64,000 nucleotides of DNA from Eledone cirrhosa (Eukaryota): positions 209,932,001 through 209,996,000 of the forward strand of contig OZ024740.1 in the NCBI GenBank assembly GCA_964016885.1, read 5' to 3'. Below, one piece after another: positions 56,033 to 64,000 of the stretch. The notes beneath the pieces are model-generated. The model was not told the origin of the DNA and searched no databases. It was given only the letters and a program-made list of their open reading frames with translations. The position numbers and the translations under genes were made by a program. Positions within the stretch are counted from its first letter, which is position 1, and every line of letters starts with the position of its first letter.

Positions 56033-57328
56033 CAGGGTGTGGACGATATTTGTTCGCAATTTTCAACTGCTAATTTTATGCAAATTTTTTTACTTCCGTT
56101 GTCACTCTTGTCTTCATAAAAACAGTGACTATATTTCCATTATTTATTTTCAGAATAATTGATTATGAATAATTTTGAACTTCCCAAATTTGTGGAAGAG
56201 ACATGGAATTCTTCTTGGAATCCGCGCTGGGAGGACAAATAAGGAAATTTCAGACTTTTTCAGCGTCAGCAGGAGAATGGTGGAAAAGGTCAGAAAGGAA
56301 TTAGGAGATTCAGGATTCGACTACGAAGCAACATCAGAGAGGAAAACACATGATCGACGATCTGACGCCTTCAGAACGCCCGAGTTCGTCGCTGAAGTTC
56401 AGGATATCATCAACAATGAACCTAGCAAGTCGATGCGTGCCATTACAAGGGAGAAAGGCGTGAATGAAAAGCTCATTAGGCTGGTGGTACATGAAGACAT
56501 TCACTACGTTTCATACAAGATGAGGAAAAGACAATTTCTGTCAAAGGTGATGCAAGAAAAGCGACTGAAGCACGCAAAGAAGCTGATCAACAAGTTGAAA
56601 CACCCACTGGAGTCAGACATGCTGTGGTTTTTCTCCGACGAGAAAAACTTCTGCCAAGACCAGAAGATCAACTCCCAGAACAACAGGTGGCTCGCTGTCT
56701 CATCCATAGACGTGCCCAGAGTCATGCAGACAAAGTTTCCAGCGACAACATTGGTCTTAGGTGTCGTCAGCAGTCAAGGTGACGTCGTGCTACCTCACTT
56801 CTTCCATGAGGGCCTCAAGCTGAACACCGATGGCTACATCCGCGTTCTGAGCGAGGTAGTACAGCCCTGGATTGACCAGGTAGCTGCAGGTAGGCCGTAA
56901 GTGTGGCAGCAAGACTCAGCGCCCTGTCATACCAGCCAAAAGACCCAAGCCTGGCTGTCAGAGAACTTCGTCGATCAGACTTCACCTCTGGCCTCCCAGC
57001 TCGCCTGACTGCAACCCCCTCGACTTCTTTGTGGGGTGCAGTGGAACGAGACACCAACAGATCTAGCTGCAATACGAAAGACGATCTGAAGGCCAGGATC
57101 ACAAGTGCCTTTAGGGGCCTAAGTCGGGGGACAGTGACGAAGGCCTGTAGCCAGTTCCGAGGCCGCCTTGAGGCCGTCATCAAAGCCAATGGCGGTTTAT
57201 CGAGTGAGATCGAAAGAACAAGTCATGAAGACAAACTGACCCATTGATAAATAAATCTTAAAAAATAAAACTACTGTTTTATTTTTTCCTAGACAGTAAT
57301 CTTGCGAACAAATATCGTCCGCACCCTG
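56033..57328 (+). mobile_element. Full-length Tc1/mariner-superfamily transposon, DD37D (maT)-type, inactivated
   Basis: TA|CAGGGTGTGGACGATATTTGTTCGCAA ... TTGCGAACAAATATCGTCCGCACCCTG|TA: 27-bp TIR with one mismatch; 1296 bp. Confidence 0.92.
56165..57200 (+). pseudogene. Transposase with frameshifts and a premature stop (56898-56900)
   Basis: WFFSDEKNFCQDQKINSQNNRW ... P*VWQQDSAPCHTS ... WPPSSPDCNPLD; the third catalytic residue is D, as in maT/DD37D. Confidence 0.85.
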
Positions 57329-57423
57329 TATATTGAGTGTATGAGTGTTGTGCATGTTTGTGTGTCTGTTTTTATGTGTATATCTGTGTTTTTGTAAGTG
57401 TGTGCATATGTGTGTGTGTATAA

Positions 57424-57486
<63 letters not shown>

Positions 57487-57801
57487 TGTGTGTATGTGTG
57501 TGAACATGCAAACTATCCAAATGACAGTATATGGCATCTGTCATAGAAGCAGACATTTCCCCTGTCAGTTTAAGATAACTCCCTCATTCCATCATTATTT
57601 AGCTCAATACAACACAAAACAGCACATTGCTTTGGCTGTCCCAAATTTGGAAGGTCAATAATTAGAATTACGTGGATGGCTGGGGGGAATTATACTGTTA
57701 TAGTTTACACTTTCAGCATATTTTTTCATACATACTTCATGCACACACACACACATATATGCATGTATGTATGTATGCATTCATACACACTTGCATGCAT
57801 A

Positions 57802-58441
57802 CTCTCAGGTCCCAAATAATAGAGGGGGGGGGGCGCTAATTTTTCTAGGTTGAGTCAGAATTAATTGTTTAGTTTACATATTGAGACCCCAACCCATCCT
57901 ATTTATTTAATAATGTATGAGATTTCTAGTAATGTACTTTTTTTGTCATATATAATTGTTTCTATGTTTGGCACAAGGCCAGCAATTACCCAGTACATTA
58001 CTGGTACTTTATTTTATCGACCCCGTAAGGATGAAAGGCAAAGTTAACCTCGGCGGGATTTGAACTCAGATCATAAAGGGAGTTAACTCTATGCTTCAAA
58101 GCATGGCGTCCGACCCTTACCGATACTGCCAATCCACCGCCCTCTTACTCCCCTTCATTACTTAACCATGACGGGATTTGAACTCAAACCGTAAAGGGAC
58201 GTAACTATGCTAGAAAGCATGGCGTCCAACTCTTTACCGATACTGCCAATTCACCGCCCTTTGTACTTTTTTTGTCATATATAATGTTCTTTGATATATA
58301 AAGAAAATTAATTGTTGCAAGAATGCTACCACTTAAAATAAAATTTCACCAGGGATAGAGTAGCAAAATTTAATAAGTGGTGGGAGGGCGGGAACCCAAA
58401 AAATTAGTGTGAAAGGGGGATGATTATTTGAGACCTGAGAA
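57802..58441. mobile_element. TA-flanked MITE containing a composite SINE A insertion (57957-58261, minus strand)
   Basis: TA|CTCTCAGGTCCCAAATAAT ... ATTATTTGAGACCTGAGAA|TA; a 24-bp TSD surrounds the SINE pair. Confidence 0.75.
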
Positions 58442-59118
58442 TACATACATACATAAATACATAGATATATGATGGGTGCAATCTCTGCTAAGGGCACTGC
58501 AATCGCATGTCAGATTATAGAGTTTGGTGCACTTTTAGGTTACAGCCAGCCATACGAACCTGTAACATATCCTGAACAAGCAAAGCCTGTGCTTTGAAGG
58601 TTTTTTAAAGTGAGGAAAGGCCTTGCACTCGACTAATTCCAAAGCCGCATATACGTATAAATATATATAGACACATAAATATGCATAGACACATAAATAT
58701 ATACATACTCACACACATATACATACACACACATGCGTGCACATACATACATATATCATCATCATTGTCGTCGTTTTAACATCGCTTTTCCCTGCTAGCA
58801 AGGGTTGGATGGGTCTACATAGACCAAGTCAGTATGGAAACATGGTTACTGATCTCCCAGACTGGCCAGGGATCTGTGTCTTGTTTATGTATGGTCTCAT
58901 GTTCTACTGAGTGCACACAGAAGAGGTTGTCATGTCTTTGACATTACTTAAGGATCCTCCCCCTTTGTTAGGCAAACTTTCTATAGCTGGATGCCCTTCC
59001 TATCACCAACTACCGTGTATACCAAGGGCGTTTATTGGGTAGGTCACCAAACACTAGGGAAACTCTCATATCCAACCCATGCCAACATTGAAAAGCAAGC
59101 ATAAAACGATGATGATAA

Positions 59119-59298
59119 TAATTGTTTCTACTTTGGGCACAAGGCCAGCAATTACCCAGTGCATTACTGGTACTTTATTTTATTGACTCCATAAGGATGA
59201 AAGGCAAAGTTAACCTCAGAAGGATTTAAACTCAGACCGTAAACGACCGTAACTCTATGCTGCAAAGCATGGCATCTGACCCTCTACCGATATTGCCA
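59119..59298 (-). mobile_element. SINE A
   Basis: Reverse complement of the consensus. Confidence 0.88.
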
Positions 59299-59516
59299 TG
59301 ATGATGATGATGATATATGGCCATTTTCCCCGTCTATATGAGGTATTTTATCCAATTAATTGTGGTTGCAGTTATTTTCCACATTTGAGATTTCTACATT
59401 TTCTAACAATTTCAAGCTACACCATGCTCAAATATATGTCAGAATCATCATTGCCACCACCACCACCAACATTTAGTTAGTTTTCCCTGCTAGCCTGGCT
59501 GTATACACATACACGC

Positions 59517-59564
<48 letters not shown>

Positions 59565-60054
59565 GCGCACATATATATATATGGGGTGGGTGGGTGCATG
59601 TGTACGTGTGTGTGTGTGCGTGCGTGTATATATATATATATATATACACGCACACACACACATACGTATATACATATATATATAAACACATAAACATGAC
59701 TACACTCTTAGACATGTACATATATACATAGAGAGATTCACCCTGCCATAAACATACACATACACACGACATATACTCCTCTAAATTACTTTACAATTCA
59801 TCTCTAATGTACTTCTGAAAAAATAGTATCAAATGATATGAAATGTTTTATCCCTGTTTGTTCACTGGAAGAATAATTTACAACAATTTGGACATTTAAA
59901 ACAAATGTCATATAAACACTAAATTAAGGTCATTGAGTATAAGTAAACAACACCTGATGAGAAAAAACTGTAAAATAGGTTTTCATTACTGTATGGAACC
60001 ACATCCAGGGCCAGCGCTACCATTAAAGCCAACTAGGCAGCCACATAGAACACA

Positions 60055-60595
60055 GACCTCAGTGAGACATATTCATCTCATCATCATCTTTAGCCCAGGA
60101 AAGTCTGTTGTTGGACATGAGCCTTCCTTGGGCTGCACCATTTTTGCCTCAGAGAGACACATTCATCATTATCTTCACCCCTGGAAAGTCCGTTGTTAGA
60201 TATAGGTCTTCCCTGGGAGCGCACCATCTTTGCCTCAGAGAGACACATTCATCATTATCTTCAGCCCTGGAAAGTCCGTTGTTAGATATAGGTCTTCCCT
60301 GGGAGCGCACCATCATCGTCTCAGAGAGACACATTCTTTTCATCATCATCTTCAGCCATGGAAAACCCATCCATGGACATAGGCCTTCCCGAGCTACACC
60401 ATCTTTGCCAATCCTGAGCCATTCATGGTCAAAAGTTTTCAATTTTTTCGAGGTCTTCTCACCATCTGGTCTTCTGGAAGCCTCGATTTCTTGTGTGATC
60501 CCACGGGGTCCAGCAGTTGATGTGGGTGGTCCATCTGTTGTCAGTCATTCTGGGAATATGTCTTGCCTACTTCCATTTTGCAGACACATTTCTGA
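60055..60595 (-). mobile_element. RTE-clade 3' fragment with tandemly amplified terminus
   Basis: Minus strand reads KWK*ARHIPRMTDNRWTTHINCWTPWDHTRNRGFQKTRW and a (GAT)n tail; the terminal segment is repeated three more times as units of about 90 bp. Confidence 0.7.
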
Positions 60596-61185
60596 ACCTT
60601 AAAGGATCTCAGTTTTAGACATATGTGTATAATTAAATAAAATACATAACTTCCAAATTAAATACATAACTTCCTGCTATCAACAAATATATTGCTAAAC
60701 ATCTTTGTCACATAGCAGCATTGTGGATATAGCTGAAGTGGTGGAAAGGGTGCTATGGTTTTATGACCTGTCATATAATTTGGTATAGGGGAGTATGGAC
60801 TGTGTAGTAGAAAATGCAGACTTAGTAATTATTTTAGTGTGGTCAGAGCAAGAAACATCAAAAACTAGGTTCATCAACTTACCAAAGTTGCTACCTGAAA
60901 TTATTTTATTTGGGAGAATGTGGTAAATAACAGGGAGAGAGGGTGATATATCTTTACATTTTCATTGGTTCTTGTGGTTAGGCAAGATGGAATGGAAGGG
61001 GCAGATGGACCAGTGTAACTATGATTTTGAGTGGGCTTACTTGCCTTAACCCTTTCATAACTATATTTCTAATGAAAAACACTTTATGATTTTAAAATTA
61101 TTTTAAAATAATCAAAATTTTGTGGGATTTAGTGATACAAACATGAATAGAATTAGGTTTTTAGATAAATATAAATGTTTTAAAA

Positions 61186-61411
61186 CAGGCATATAAAACA
61201 TGCAGCCTGCAGACTGCATGCAGCCCTTTACAAGCACACCTGTGGCCTGCGCAAAGGGTTTTACAATGCGAGCATGTTTTATCTTTGTAAGATAAAATTT
61301 AAAAAATTAGTTGTAATGTGCACAATTAGTTGTTGTGTGGCCTTCAGATAACACAGATGTGACGCATGTGGCCCTCGGGGAGGGGGGGGGGGCCTCAGTT
61401 TGACATGCTTG
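61186..61411. mobile_element. hAT (Charlie-like) MITE nested in the TTAA-bounded repeat
   Basis: CAGGCATATAAAAC / GTTTGACATGCTTG TIRs, GCAGCCC/GTGGCCC subterminal motifs and 8-bp TSD TTTTAAAA / CTTTAAAA. Confidence 0.7.
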
Positions 61412-63175
61412 CTTTAAAATATACACTTTTGTATTACAGAACCAGGAGTGGTCTCAGGCAGTTTAGTAACAAAAGGGTTGAATACTATTTTTTTGTGTGT
61501 GTTCTGTTTTGTTACCCCCACCACCACCTCCACCACCACCACTGCTGCTAATTTTTTAGCTGGTGTTTGGAATATAACTTAGCAAAAGTTCTTACAGAAA
61601 ATTATTATGGAAGGTTTTTAGATTAATATAAACTCTTTAGAATTTTAAAATACACATATGATATTGTAGAACCAGCAGGAGATGGGGGCAGTGTGGTTTG
61701 AAAAAGATTAAATATAGTCTGTGGTTCACTGAAGGAGAATCAAGTCAGTTGTTTGTAGCAATTCTCTAATTAGTTTGCACTTCATAATCACTTAGTTAGC
61801 TATTGAAAGGGTTACTTAGTAACTTAACTCATGTTTACAATCCGATAAATTAAATTACATTAATAATTAATTCAACTCCTTGCAATATCCTCAAACCGCA
61901 TGCTAACAAGGAAAACATATGGGAAATGATTTCATTTAAATAAATTAATTAGTGTATACATATTTTTAAATAACAAAACTGTCATATCAAATGATAAGAT
62001 TAATGTGGAATATTTTACATTTCCATGATAAAATATTCACACTGTGTTAAAGATTCTAAAACCTAATGTATGCATACACACATGCAAGCATATACACATA
62101 CATATTTACATGCATATATACATATATATAGATCAGGATTTTACCAGTTTTATACTAGTAAGACCATTCATTATTCAGCAGAGTACTCGATACTTAGGAT
62201 AGTAGAGTGTAACTATATTAGAGAGAGTTGGGACCTAACGGCTGAGCTCTTGCCGTTTTGACAGCTAATTCCATATATATATATCACTGTAAAGTGGTCG
62301 TGACAGCGACACAGCAAAAAAACGCCCAGCCCACACTATAAAGTGATTGTGTAGGTGTCATGGCAGAAAGCACCCACTCCATGCTATGAAGTGGTTGTGT
62401 AGGTATCACGACGTAAAGCAGCCAGGACTCACTGGAAATGCTCTAAGAAGGGTATCCAGCTGTAGAAACCAAGCCAAAATTGGTTCTGTACGAGCAAGAC
62501 ATGGTCACCTGATCTGGCAATGTTCACAACAGGATAACTCGTCTAACCCATGCCAGTGTGGAAAAATGGATGTTAAATGTAGATGATGAGGATGATGATG
62601 CTGATGATGATATATACACCATCATCATCATTGTTTAATGTTCATTTTTTATGCTAGACAGGTTGTTCCGTTTGAAGCAAGTTGGGTCAGGTGACCACGT
62701 CTTGCTCATACAGAACAGTTTCTGGCTTGGTTTCTACAGCTGGATGCTCTTTCTAATGCCAACCACATTTACAGAGTGGACTGGGTACTTTTTGTAGTGA
62801 TATATACGGAAATATATATATGTATGTTAAAAGACATTGTTATATCTTTGACTAAATAAAATAGTTTAATAATAACGGGGTGTATAAGCCTTCTGAAGAT
62901 ATATATCATCATCATCATCATCATTATCATCGTTTAATGTCTATCTTCCATGCTAACATGGGTTAAACGGGAGTTGTCCCAATTTGAGGCAAGATTGGTT
63001 GGGTGACCGAGTCTCGCTTGTATAGGAATATCTTGCAGGTTTTCTATGGTTGGATGCCCTTCCTAAAACCAATCACATTTACAGTGTGGACTGGGAACTT
63101 TTTACCGTGTTACCTACACGGCCACATTACAGCGTGGACTGTGTATTTTTTTGTTGTGACTCCGACACGATATAT

Positions 63176-63242
<67 letters not shown>

Positions 63243-63789
63243 CCTACATCAAGGATCAACTAAGCACCCTTGCTATATTAACGCATTTTGATCTGCTTAA
63301 CTTCAAGAACTACGCCTGTATTATTTTTTCTTTCACATTGACTTTTTATGCTCCACATTACGCCCCTTTTATTCTTTTTTCTTTTCACTTCATAAACCTT
63401 GTTTGTAAATAACATTATTCTTTCTGCACCATTTCTTTAACATGTGCAACACCACCATTCTACACCACTGCATATCACTATCATTTGATAATGCATAAAA
63501 ATGCTGAAACCGGTAATAGACAATTATTAAATATATAAATAGATAAATAAATGCCATTGTTAATTAATAAATAAATCAACTAATACCTTAACACTTCACA
63601 CAAAGTAAAATATTTCGTTTTAATCATATTCTAACACAGAAAAAAGAGAGAAGGAAATAAAAAGGGAAAAAAATATATTTTTCTTCCTAATAATCATCTC
63701 TTTCTCCCTGTTTTCATATATATATATAATTCAACAACAATATGAAGTATTTTAAGGCCATCTTCCTTAGAAAAAAGGAGCTAGTCTTA

Positions 63790-64000
63790 CAGGCCCCATG
63801 ATAAACTTAATTTTTCACTATTGTCTGTATCTCCCCTCACCATTTACTCCTCCATTTTTAGCCATGTCTTTCTTGGTCTTCCACTTCCTTTACTTTCTTC
63901 TACATTCATTTCTGTTACTCCTTCACCCAGTCACTTTCATCCTTCCTCAACACATGATCCAACCATCTCATTCCATTTCTCTTCACTACATTCATCATTG
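63790..64000 (-). mobile_element. Decayed RTE coding fragment, runs off the window
   Basis: Minus strand encodes LRWLDHVLRKD...VK...GRPRK-like sequence typical of RTE C-termini. Confidence 0.55.

Overview
AT-rich, repeat-dominated animal genomic DNA. The repeat repertoire looks cephalopod (octopus-like); this is inferred from recalled repeat families, not from a search. No host protein-coding gene can be called with confidence, and the long I/Y/M/C ORFs are translations of (TA)n microsatellites. The centre (about 11.7-31.3 kb) is a large (TA)n/(TACA)n field hosting several retroelements. One is a near-intact 4.8-kb minus-strand LINE (ORF1 with Myb/trihelix-like and CCCH zinc-finger motifs; ORF2 with AP endonuclease and reverse transcriptase). 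Others are a 3' fragment of a related LINE and several Penelope-like (PLE) inserts with inverted pseudo-LTRs and minimal hammerhead ribozyme motifs. The flanks hold about 20 copies of one tRNA-derived SINE, RTE-LINE remnants, non-autonomous Helitrons with helicase and N-terminal relics, a DD37D (maT-type) Tc1/mariner, a long-TIR deleted mariner, several MITEs and a probable solo LTR. Best leads: (1) LINE ORF2 has no AUG ahead of its endonuclease motif, overlaps ORF1 in the -1 frame, and has an in-register A AAU UUU UUA slippery site followed by a possible pseudoknot, suggesting retrovirus-style programmed -1 frameshifting in a non-LTR element; (2) hammerhead-bearing PLEs, with one inverted arm starting at the predicted cleavage site; (3) a 3' RNA signal shared by two divergent TA-embedded LINEs.
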